DNA from: a virus
Reading direction: 5' to 3' (one strand)
IMG/VR virus record: IMGVR_UViG_3300045988_080839
Coordinates: 1-60,599 of that record
DNA: 60,599 bases
Shown here piece by piece: positions 1 through 7,047 of this stretch. The translations under genes were made by a program, and so were the position numbers. The notes under the pieces were generated by a model. The model was given only the letters and a program-made list of their open reading frames with translations, was not told the DNA's origin and ran no database searches. The first letter of the stretch is position 1; each line of letters starts with the position of its first letter.

Positions 1-55
1 CAGCAACCTTTGCCTGGTTATCATCGTCGAGTGACTCCGAATCATCAAGGAACAC
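1..55. repeat. Terminal direct repeat, identical to 60545..60599 (overlap of a circular assembly)
   Basis: Bases 1-55 (cagcaacctttgcctgg...caaggaacac) recur exactly as the last 55 bases. Joining the ends keeps a large ORF in frame. Confidence 0.95.
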
Positions 56-1879
56 TGGTGTGCTGATTCCACACATTTTCTGAATTGAATTGCAGATATC
101 CACTCTGCCTAAAATCCTGTTACCCTTATTACTCATAGTTGTAAGAATTGATTTACCCTCTACAGTAGGTATGCAAACAGATTTATAATTACCGTTCTTA
201 GCTGTGTCAAATAACTGCCATTTAACTAATGAGAAGTTGTTATTGACCGCATCTGTCAAGGCTTCATTCTTTGCTCTGTCTAACTGGTCTAACAGGGCAA
301 GTATCTTCTCACTGTTGGTCTTAGACTGCTCTAAGTCCTGCTTCTGGTTTCTCAATTCTTCCAGTCTGGCTTCATCCGCTTCTGTATTCGTAGCAGCTAT
401 CTTCTTTTCAACCTCTGCTAACTGCGATCTGATTTCAGATTCTTCCAGCTTCAAAGATTTCTTAATATCTGAAAGTGACGTTGACTGCTTCAATAATTCT
501 TCCTTACGGACAATTTCAGCCTGTACAGCCTTGTAATCTTCCCTGTCGTGGATATCAACGTACTCCGGTATCTCTGCAAGCTGTTTTACTAAGACTGAAT
601 ATTCATTGCTTAACTGCTCCAGATTAGATTTAAGGTCTGTAAGTGACTGTTCTGTATCTTTTAATAACTCCTGTTCTTTTTCGATATCTTCCTTGATTGC
701 AAAACCGTCTTTCTCAATCTTGCTGATTCTCTCTGCCTTGGAAGTCTCAAAGGATTCTGTAAGGTTCTTTACTTCTTCCTCTGGTAATTCTCTGTGACAG
801 GTAGGACAGATAGCCTTATTAGAATCGAATTTCTCTGCCTTAACAGTTCTCCATACATTACCTAACCTTGTCTTCTCTTCCGTAAGGTCTGTAATCTTCC
901 TGCGACAACTAGCCACCTGTGATTCAACAGAATTGATAGATGTTTTCAGCGTATTAATGGTATTTCCCTTACTCATCATAGTTGCCCTAAGTTCTGCCCT
1001 TTGCATTTCCAATTCAGAGTTGGCTTTATTCTGCATTTCAGACAGCTTCATTTGCAACTGCATGATATCCTGTGTAGCCTTATCGTACTCTGCCAATAAG
1101 TTTTCATTCCCGGTCTGCTTATAAAGGTTCTGTTCAAGCTGTTCTTGCAAGGCATTTTTCTGTAAGACAATTTCTGCTGTATCAATGTCGGATTTAATCT
1201 GAATATCTCTTTCCTTTTCCTTAATCTGACCGTCCAAAATTTTAGAATTTGTGTTGTAATCACTCTTTACTTTCTGATTCATAGCCCGAATTTCATCTGC
1301 TTTGTATTTTTCAAGCAAAGGAACAAGTTCATGTAATTCAGAATTACTACTTGCAAAATCAATGTCTGATATTTTACTGACAAATTGGAACAAAAATTCT
1401 CTCATTTCCGTAGGTTTCTGGTTAATAAAAGCATTGATATTGCTACACATTTTAAACAGCTTCATATTCACATCAAAGTACTCATTAAACGCCTTTAATG
1501 TTTTGGGAACGCTGTTAATGTAATATGAGTTAGTATCGCTTACGGTTTCAACAACAATGCCATCTTTTACTGCTTCACCATATGTACGCTTCTGCACTTT
1601 CTTGGCGGTCACTTCCTTACCGTCAATATCCAGTACTGCTGTGACTGCTGTGTCCATATCGTCTACGCTCTTTCCGTCAACTGTTCTTCTAACCACTGGA
1701 TTGTCATTTAATTCATAGTCACAGTTAAAAAGCAGCCATGTGTAGGAATTCACAATACTGGACTTGCCCTTGCCATTCTTTCCCATAATTCTTGTCAGTT
1801 CTGAGAAATTAAATTCTGCCTGTGCATACATCATGAAATTTTCCAAAATCATCTTCTTTAATCTGATTACCTTACACAT
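1..1879 (-). CDS. SbcC/Rad50-like AAA ATPase, codons 1-626; the C-terminus continues at 60480..60544 across the junction
   Basis: Missing from the ORF track because it crosses the window edge. ATG at 1879 follows GAAAGGAG. The translation shows Walker A GKNGKGKS, a long coiled coil with a CPTC zinc-hook-like motif, and Walker B-like VFLDDSESLD. 1879+65 nt gives exactly 648 codons. Confidence 0.8.
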   Translation of the reverse strand, partial: MCKVIRLKKMILENFMMYAQAEFNFSELTRIMGKNGKGKSSIVNSYTWLLFNCDYELNDNPVVRRTVDGKSVDDMDTAVTAVLDIDGKEVTAKKVQKRTYGEAVKDGIVVETVSDTNSYYINSVPKTLKAFNEYFDVNMKLFKMCSNINAFINQKPTEMREFLFQFVSKISDIDFASSNSELHELVPLLEKYKADEIRAMNQKVKSDYNTNSKILDGQIKEKERDIQIKSDIDTAEIVLQKNALQEQLEQNLYKQTGNENLLAEYDKATQDIMQLQMKLSEMQNKANSELEMQRAELRATMMSKGNTINTLKTSINSVESQVASCRRKITDLTEEKTRLGNVWRTVKAEKFDSNKAICPTCHRELPEEEVKNLTESFETSKAERISKIEKDGFAIKEDIEKEQELLKDTEQSLTDLKSNLEQLSNEYSVLVKQLAEIPEYVDIHDREDYKAVQAEIVRKEELLKQSTSLSDIKKSLKLEESEIRSQLAEVEKKIAATNTEADEARLEELRNQKQDLEQSKTNSEKILALLDQLDRAKNEALTDAVNNNFSLVKWQLFDTAKNGNYKSVCIPTVEGKSILTTMSNKGNRILGRVDICNSIQKMCGISTPVFLDDSESLDDDNQAKVA

Positions 1880-2114
1880 AGTCAAACTCCTTTCTTTCTG
1901 ATGAATCAAACAGTTTCTTTTCTTTCTCTGCCTGCTTGTTTGCTTCTTTATAAAATCCCATGATTCTTAATGCGGTCTTTACACTACAAAAGTCCGTATT
2001 AGCGATATAGTCAACCGCCGCATAAACTCTACTTTCTAAAGCAACTAACTGCTCATACCGTTCCTGCGAAATAGTGACTGTATCGCAAGATTTACTTTTA
2101 ATCAAATCTTCCAC
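1872..2114 (-). CDS. Hypothetical protein (80 aa)
   Basis: ORF track. GTG start. The stop overlaps the ATPase start (ATGTGTAA), which suggests translational coupling. Confidence 0.6.
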   Translation of the reverse strand: MEDLIKSKSCDTVTISQERYEQLVALESRVYAAVDYIANTDFCSVKTALRIMGFYKEANKQAEKEKKLFDSSERKEFDYV

Positions 2115-2136
2115 GTTCTCACTCTGCTACTAAAAA

Positions 2137-2154
2137 CATATACAAATGTATATG
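2137..2154. promoter_or_regulatory. 18-bp palindrome CATATACA-AA-TGTATATG, candidate operator
   Basis: Perfect 8-bp inverted repeat just upstream of the gene starting at 2114. A related motif TATACAAAATGTATA occurs at 35198..35214. Confidence 0.45.
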
Positions 2155-2551
2155 CTAGATGATTCGCTACAATCTCACAATTTGTAGTTACTGCTTCATC
2201 GTGTATGCTTTGGTGGTCGCAAGTGACACACTACTCACAAGTTCTTGTACACTCCACAGTCGTAAATTCCCGACTAAGCCATCGGTACATACCTATAAAT
2301 TCTTTTTTATTGATTAAATACAGGTTTTCATCTAAATAGCTTTTCCTTTCTTAATATTTTTTTGCTACTTGGTTTTCGTAGACTCACACCGTTACTCAAT
2401 CTTTACCATCAAGGTTCTACCCTATAGTTAACAAGACTTTTTCAACTTGTACTGGATTATATTTCCTAAGATTTCAGTGGTTTTAAGTTACCAACTAATA
2501 CTCTGGATTTTGAGTATCTTTGAGTACATTGACTCACATTTAATTCTGTTT

Positions 2552-3136
2552 TTAGTTACTTATATTTCCTCCTAACTTCAATTCATTTCCAGACAATTCG
2601 TAAACTGTCTTAGTCCGTCCGTCTTTCTCATACTGCCTTGACTGGAATCTTCCTTTTATAGTAACTGTCTGCCCTGTTGCTAAATTTTTTGCAAATAAAG
2701 CATTTACTGACCACACAATACACGGTATGCAATCCGTTTTTCCATTCTTCCTGGAAGATACCACTAGCAACTCTGCTATATATCTTCCACTTTGGGTCTG
2801 CCTGAACACTGGTTTTTTGACGATAACACCTGTTATTTCTGTGTGGTTTTCATCTGCTTCAAATACCATTGATATAGATTCTACATGGACAAATAACTCT
2901 AAGTGCGTCCGTTTCCCGTCAAACACCTGTCTACTATGTATAGCACCTGTTATTTTATGAACAGTTCCGTTTTGAATCTGATTTGCAATCCCTTGTTCTG
3001 CGATACATGGAATAATGTCCTCATATCCACTTAGCCGTCTAACAATCATTTGAAAGCTGTAGAATCGGATTTTGCCTACAGTGTGGCTGTATTTAGGTTT
3101 TTCATTCATTCTTCCGCATAGCGTTATCCTGTTCAT
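2552..3136 (-). CDS. Tandem OB-fold, SSB-like DNA-binding protein (195 aa)
   Basis: ORF track 2552..3244. Start moved to MNRITLCGRM, which has an AAGGGAG RBS 7 nt upstream. Two SSB-like repeats, e.g. EITGVIVKKPVFRQTQSGRYIAELLV...DCIPCIVW...TVTIKGRFQSRQYE. Confidence 0.5.
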   Translation of the reverse strand: MNRITLCGRMNEKPKYSHTVGKIRFYSFQMIVRRLSGYEDIIPCIAEQGIANQIQNGTVHKITGAIHSRQVFDGKRTHLELFVHVESISMVFEADENHTEITGVIVKKPVFRQTQSGRYIAELLVVSSRKNGKTDCIPCIVWSVNALFAKNLATGQTVTIKGRFQSRQYEKDGRTKTVYELSGNELKLGGNISN

Positions 3137-3452
3137 CTTCCAACTCCCTTCTGATGTTGAATGCCAGTAGGGAAACAAAACCGCTGTTCGTTTTGAACTC
3201 ACTCCCGATATACTTTTTGTAGGTAGGAGTTCTTGAGTCCGCAAGTTCTACTGTGCGTGTTACAACTTTATGGACTGAACCGCCTGTAATTCCATGTTCA
3301 GATGCAATTTCGTCATACATATCCTGTAGTTTCTTTGTCGGATTTATTATCTTTCCTACAGTCAGTTCCACGATATAGTAGAATCCACGCATACTGGGTT
3401 CTATTCCCATAGATATCAAGGCATTCTCAATTTTTCTTAGCCTGTTGTCCAT
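3102..3452 (-). CDS. Spo0A C-terminal (DNA-binding) domain-like protein with no receiver domain
   Basis: SMGIEPSMRGFYYIVELT, MYDEIASEHGITGGSVHKVVTRTVELA and FKTNSGFVSLLA line up with the Spo0A effector-domain blocks [46 protein letters not shown] and KPTNSEFIAMVA. Confidence 0.65.
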   Translation of the reverse strand: MDNRLRKIENALISMGIEPSMRGFYYIVELTVGKIINPTKKLQDMYDEIASEHGITGGSVHKVVTRTVELADSRTPTYKKYIGSEFKTNSGFVSLLAFNIRRELEDEQDNAMRKNE

Positions 3453-3454
3453 GA

Positions 3455-3562
3455 CTATCCCTCTTCTACTTCAAATCCGACTACATGACCGTCATTAATT
3501 AAGACTCCAACTCCTAAGTCGTCACACATTTTTTCTACTTCTGCAATTGTAAAATCTTCCAT
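3455..3562 (-). CDS. Small hypothetical protein (35 aa, MEDFTIAEVEKMCDDLGVGVLINDGHVVGFEVEEG)
   Basis: Below the ORF-track cutoff. ATG follows GAGAGGGAAAAAGAT. It exactly fills the gap between neighbours (TAGTCATG junction). Confidence 0.4.
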   Translation of the reverse strand: MEDFTIAEVEKMCDDLGVGVLINDGHVVGFEVEEG

Positions 3563-3584
3563 ATCTTTTTCCCTCTCTTCTTAT

Positions 3585-3830
3585 TTAAAATAGCATTGCT
3601 TTTGTCAGTCCTCTTGAAGCCGATTTCTGAAACTGCTTCATGTCCTCTATTACATCTGATTCTGTTCTTTTGGAATCCTCTACAGCCTGCGCAATCAGCA
3701 TTTCTGCTGTCTCTTCGTCAAAGTGCTGTTCAAATCTGAACCGTATTGCTCGGATGATATTCGCAAGGTCAAGGCACATTTCTGTATCTTTACCAATAAA
3801 ATCCACTCTTGAATCATTTGCTATAATCAT
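3585..3830 (-). CDS. Hypothetical protein (81 aa)
   Basis: ORF track. Co-directional, with a 4-nt overlap with the upstream gene. Confidence 0.6.
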   Translation of the reverse strand: MIIANDSRVDFIGKDTEMCLDLANIIRAIRFRFEQHFDEETAEMLIAQAVEDSKRTESDVIEDMKQFQKSASRGLTKAMLF

Positions 3831-4225
3831 GATTCCACCTCTTCTGCTAATTTAGCCATTTCCCAACCGATCATGGCACAAGCGTGTGAACTCCAAGATG
3901 TTCTTCCTGAACGCCATGTGTACACTTTTCTGTTCTCGTATTTTGCAAAATGTTTTTTTTCCCACACTTCTTTTTCACTATCTCTTACCAAAATCGGCGT
4001 ATCGACTGCAACCTTGCTCCAATCAACAGACGGTTCTTCATATTCCTTTTCTGCCCATTCTCTTAACAAAACTTTGCAATCCTTACCCTTTCCACCGAAA
4101 AGGCACTCGGAACATCTTATTTCTCTACAATCGCACGGCTCTCCTGACGTTAAATTTACAGCGATTTCATTTCTTTGCAGAGCAATATCAATAATCTGTT
4201 CTGCAAACTTCTCTCTATTCTTCAT
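3827..4225 (-). CDS. Hypothetical protein (132 aa)
   Basis: ORF track. Protein-like composition within a tightly packed array. Confidence 0.6.
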   Translation of the reverse strand: MKNREKFAEQIIDIALQRNEIAVNLTSGEPCDCREIRCSECLFGGKGKDCKVLLREWAEKEYEEPSVDWSKVAVDTPILVRDSEKEVWEKKHFAKYENRKVYTWRSGRTSWSSHACAMIGWEMAKLAEEVES

Positions 4226-4241
4226 TTCTCAAACCTCACTT

Positions 4242-4970
4242 TCAATTAGTATGATCTCGTCTATTACTGTCTCTATCAATTCGCATCTGACTGTTTTCAG
4301 CGTCTACGGAATCTTTCAAGAATACTGGAGGTTCATATGCATCAATAATTTTTAGAGCCTTATCTAACTGATTCCTTGACAGTGCTTTGTAAGACAGTAC
4401 ATTAAACTGGTACTTTATCTGACGGTATATGTCGCTGTACACCTGTTGTCTTAACGAATTGCTTCGGTATGCAAGGCTATCCTTGCCACCCATTACCTCA
4501 ACTCCCTTTGCTTTCACTGCATGAGTAACCTTATCCATATCCACGCCAAGCAACGGCATTTCCTGTTTAAAACTCTCAAAATCGTTTGTGAGATTGTCCA
4601 CTTTTTCATCAATCTCTATTACTGCCTGATTCTGTAGCTTAATCATTTCCAGTGCCGTCATCGGTTTCTGAACCGTAATGGATTCTTCCATTTCATGAAA
4701 ACGATTAATGTACTTTGCTGTGAACTCCGTACCCTTAACTCCTGTCAGTTTGTGGGCAATAAATTCACAGCCTTTCTTTGTGACATAATAGCAAGGTTGC
4801 GTTTTATTTTGGCTGTTTTGATATGTACCATCTATAAAGAAATCGGACTGTCCAATATTGGCTTGTCCTAATTGGTCTATATAAGTACGAATATCTCTCA
4901 ACAATTTGCTATGGTCTTTTCCGACCATTTCAGCTACTTCCATAGAAGTAATCTTCTGTTCAATATTCAT
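4242..4970 (-). CDS. Rha-family phage regulatory protein / antirepressor
   Basis: Start moved to MNIEQKITSMEVAEMVGKDHSKLLRDI (AAAGGAGAGCC RBS). N-terminal pattern ...QPCYYVTKKGCEFIAHKLTGVKGTEFTAKYINRFHEME is typical of Rha. Paralog of 40628..41302. Confidence 0.75.
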   Translation of the reverse strand: MNIEQKITSMEVAEMVGKDHSKLLRDIRTYIDQLGQANIGQSDFFIDGTYQNSQNKTQPCYYVTKKGCEFIAHKLTGVKGTEFTAKYINRFHEMEESITVQKPMTALEMIKLQNQAVIEIDEKVDNLTNDFESFKQEMPLLGVDMDKVTHAVKAKGVEVMGGKDSLAYRSNSLRQQVYSDIYRQIKYQFNVLSYKALSRNQLDKALKIIDAYEPPVFLKDSVDAENSQMRIDRDSNRRDHTN

Positions 4971-4985
4971 TGGCTCTCCTTTCTG

Positions 4986-4994
4986 TGTTATAAT
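4986..4994 (+). promoter_or_regulatory. Extended -10 element TGTTATAAT for the plus-strand ORF at 5016
   Basis: TGnTATAAT lies 22 nt upstream of the TTG start and 7 nt upstream of AAAGGAGGTG. Confidence 0.45.
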
Positions 4995-5015
4995 CACCTC
5001 AAAGGAGGTGATATT

Positions 5016-5231
5016 TTGAAAAATTTTGATGATTTCGTAGACTTTGTAAATAACTCTGACAAAATACAAAATGAATTATCGAATGTTAATCTGAAATTAG
5101 AAAAGAGGAATTATTCTCTTTCAAATACAGAAGATATTTCAGAGTTAATTGTTTCTGTTCAAAATAATACTTTACAGAAAACAATGAAATTGCTACGCTA
5201 TTATCATGAATGGCTTAATCAAAATGAATAG
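5016..5231 (+). CDS. Hypothetical 71-aa protein on the repressor-sense strand (TTG start)
   Basis: Lies inside ORF-track entry 4872..5231. Consensus RBS AAAGGAGGTG sits 5 nt before the TTG. The helical sequence KNFDDFVDFVNNSDKIQNEL...LLRYYHEWLNQNE is protein-like. Confidence 0.5.
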   Translation: MKNFDDFVDFVNNSDKIQNELSNVNLKLEKRNYSLSNTEDISELIVSVQNNTLQKTMKLLRYYHEWLNQNE

Positions 5232-5406
5232 GTTTTTTATTTTCTTCTAACGACCTTTTGATATCACTGCCATTCAGCGAATGAGAGACAACATTGCATA
5301 TGTTTTCCTGTTGTTTCTCTTTTTCAACAGACTTCTCAATTCGGTTCAAAGTACTCTCAATACTTTCTAACGTTTTGAGAAGTCTTTTTTTTAAACTAAA
5401 TAACAT
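5215..5406 (-). CDS. Hypothetical protein (63 aa)
   Basis: ORF track. GGAAAGGAGAAAT RBS before the ATG. Directly downstream of the cro-like gene. Confidence 0.6.
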   Translation of the reverse strand: MLFSLKKRLLKTLESIESTLNRIEKSVEKEKQQENICNVVSHSLNGSDIKRSLEENKKPIHFD

Positions 5407-5424
5407 ATTTCTCCTTTCCTAAAA

Positions 5425-5440
5425 GTTAAATGTTTTGAAC
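5425..5440. promoter_or_regulatory. Operator-like site GTTAAATGTTTTGAAC (15 of 16 match to 5677..5692)
   Basis: Near copy of the switch operator, at the 3' end of the cro-like gene. Confidence 0.4.
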
Positions 5441-5650
5441 TTCTAAGGTAAAAAAATAATCCTGTATATCTTCCTCAGATAATCCAAGAAGATTAATAGC
5501 TGTCAATATTTCGTTCTGCTTCCATGGTCTTTTTCCGTTCATTTTAAGAGATAAAGTCCTTTCAGAACAGCCAAGGGCATTGGCAAAATCATATTGACTA
5601 CCAAACTTTTCAACAATGCGACCTCGCAATTTGCTGTAATTAAAAGCCAT
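5426..5650 (-). CDS. Cro-like small HTH regulator (first gene of the lytic leftward operon)
   Basis: 74 aa with an HTH-like segment (DFANALGCSERTLSLKMNG). AAAGGAGAAATAAAAT RBS. Divergent from the CI-like gene. Confidence 0.7.
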   Translation of the reverse strand: MAFNYSKLRGRIVEKFGSQYDFANALGCSERTLSLKMNGKRPWKQNEILTAINLLGLSEEDIQDYFFTLEVQNI

Positions 5651-5676
5651 ATTTTATTTCTCCTTTCTTTTTTTTA

Positions 5677-5692
5677 GTTCAATGTTTTGAAC
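5677..5692. promoter_or_regulatory. Operator GTTCAA-TGTT-TTGAAC (inverted repeat)
   Basis: Perfect 6-bp half-sites just downstream of the leftward -10 element. Confidence 0.6.
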
Positions 5693-5699
5693 TATTTGT

Positions 5700-5728
5700 A
5701 TAATAGCATTATAGATTTCTTTTGTCAA
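5700..5728 (-). promoter_or_regulatory. Leftward (lytic, cro-like) promoter TTGACA-17-TATTAT with a TG extension
   Basis: Reverse complement of 5723..5728 is TTGACA; reverse complement of 5700..5705 is TATTAT; the spacer is exactly 17 nt. Confidence 0.6.
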
Positions 5729-5766
5729 TAAAAAGTTCAAATATTTTTACTTTTAAGTTTTTCATA

Positions 5767-5795
5767 TTGAACTTTTGTTCAAATAGTGATATATT
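5767..5795 (+). promoter_or_regulatory. Rightward (repressor) promoter TTGAAC-17-TATATT, overlapping operator TTGAAC-TTTT-GTTCAA (5767..5782)
   Basis: -35 at 5767..5772 and -10 at 5790..5795, with TG at 5787-5788. The palindromic operator shares half-sites with 5677..5692. Confidence 0.6.
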
Positions 5796-5820
5796 ATTTT
5801 TAGAAAGGAGGTTAATACAA

Positions 5821-6192
5821 ATGAAAGAAAATACGTCTGATAGGCTAAAAAAAATAATGGAAGAAAGAAAGATAAAACAAGTTGACATTTTGAATATGTC
5901 TTTGCCTTATTGTAGAAAGTACAATATTAAGATGAATAAATCAGATATTAGTCAATATGTATCTGGTAAGGTTGAGCCTAGTCAAGAAAAGCTAGTCATT
6001 CTAGGAATGGCATTAGATGTTTCAGAAGCATGGTTAATGGGTCTTGATGTTTCACCATTTCGAAGAGGAAAAACCGGAGAAGCTAAAGAAGATGTTGATT
6101 TGCTTTGGAAAATTTCATTGTTAGATCAAAGAGATAAAGAAACTATATTAGATATGATAAATGTTATGTTATCTCGAAAAGAAAAGAAGTGA
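5821..6192 (+). CDS. CI-like XRE-family HTH repressor (123 aa)
   Basis: Start moved to MKENTSDRLKKIMEERKIKQVDIL (GAAAGGAGG RBS). HTH followed by a C-terminal dimerisation-like tail. Divergent from the cro-like gene. Confidence 0.8.
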   Translation: MKENTSDRLKKIMEERKIKQVDILNMSLPYCRKYNIKMNKSDISQYVSGKVEPSQEKLVILGMALDVSEAWLMGLDVSPFRRGKTGEAKEDVDLLWKISLLDQRDKETILDMINVMLSRKEKK

Positions 6193-6193
6193 G

Positions 6194-6364
6194 TTATCCC
6201 CACTTCTTCAGAAAAAAAATTATGAATGAATGCAGGTACTCTAAAGTGCCTGCATTTTCTATTGTGCCAATAATTTTATTGATTTCTCTCTTGTAAAATT
6301 CTGCATCATTGCCATTATCCCCTGTCATATCCTTGCCCTCTCTACAACTATGTAACTCTCTCAT
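6194..6364 (-). CDS. Small hypothetical protein (56 aa, MRELHSC...IENAGTLEYLHSFIIFFLKKWG), convergent on the repressor gene
   Basis: Below the track cutoff. GAGAGGATGATTGC precedes the ATG. Driven by the consensus promoter at 6395..6423. The stop is 1 nt from the repressor stop. Confidence 0.55.
   Translation of the reverse strand: MRELHSCREGKDMTGDNGNDAEFYKREINKIIGTIENAGTLEYLHSFIIFFLKKWG
6230..6261 (+). terminator. Rho-independent terminator of the repressor gene
   Basis: ATGCAGGTAC-loop-GTGCCTGCAT stem followed by TTTCT. Confidence 0.6.
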
Positions 6365-6394
6365 GCAATCATCCTCTCTATAATGTTTTTACTA

Positions 6395-6423
6395 ATTATA
6401 GAATGTATGTTCGCATATGTCAA
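6395..6423 (-). promoter_or_regulatory. Perfect consensus promoter TTGACA-17-TATAAT
   Basis: Reverse complement of 6418..6423 is TTGACA; reverse complement of 6395..6400 is TATAAT; 17-nt spacer. About 30 nt upstream of the ORF starting at 6364. Confidence 0.7.
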
Positions 6424-6603
6424 TAAATAAATCAAACGTCTGTTTGCAACTTTTGGTAATTCGGGCGGCATGAAATGCCACTAACATACCGCCCCGACCA
6501 GAACTTGAAGCACCACATCACTGTGGACAAGTTTATTGTACGTCTGAAAGTGCAAGGATTCAAGAAAATACGTTCGACATATTCTGCGGTAAAATTCGAC
6601 AAA

Positions 6604-7047
6604 TTACAGCAATCTGTAGTGTGGCTTTTCTTCTTTGAATATCCAGTACCGCAAATAATCGTCAAGAATAATTGCAATCGTTCCTACAATTATCCATAAC
6701 AGGCTGAATGGTAGGCATATCTGCCCTAACAGATTCAACGGCATATTGCTGTAATCCCATACATTCCAACCTAACCATATATTAACGATAAGACCGCATA
6801 AGAACTCTAACAGGGTGATTACTGTAGCAACCTTTATTGATTGCAGGATAAGCGGATAATCCCAGTCTGTGCGTTCGTTCTGTTCTCCTGCATACAGGAA
6901 ACATAAACCGCCAAGAATGAACATTGTCCAATGGCTACGACCACGATATAACAGCTCTATGCACACATAAAGAAAGCCACCTATCGCAAATAGGATAAGT
7001 GGCTTGATAATCTTACGCAATACCTTTACTTGCGTAGATATCCGCAA
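6604..7047 (-). CDS. Polytopic membrane protein (about 4 TM segments); start uncertain (TTG at 7047 or 7020)
   Basis: ORF track. Hydrophobic helices (PLILFAIGGFLYVCIELLY, WTMFILGGLCFLYAG, VATVITLLEFLCGLIVNIWLGW, CLPFSLLWIIVGTIAIIL). Sits between the fibre genes and the immunity region. Confidence 0.65.
   Translation of the reverse strand: MRISTQVKVLRKIIKPLILFAIGGFLYVCIELLYRGRSHWTMFILGGLCFLYAGEQNERTDWDYPLILQSIKVATVITLLEFLCGLIVNIWLGWNVWDYSNMPLNLLGQICLPFSLLWIIVGTIAIILDDYLRYWIFKEEKPHYRLL

Noticed and set aside
204-1523. Plus-strand ORFs 204..536, 606..797, 933..1124 and 1302..1523, and the minus-strand ORF 1048..1263
   Set aside because: They lie antisense to, or out of frame within, the long SbcC/Rad50-like gene (1..1879, minus strand). 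They are Ser/Phe/Leu/Cys-rich with no RBS. The ATPase frame carries clear motifs.
6432-6699. ORFs 6475..6699 (plus strand) and 6432..6677 (minus strand) in the gap after the membrane-protein gene
   Set aside because: They overlap each other and the 3' end of 6604..7047, and have no convincing RBS. The region contains a GC hairpin (CGGGCGG...CCGCCCCG) and the consensus promoter, so it is treated as regulatory.
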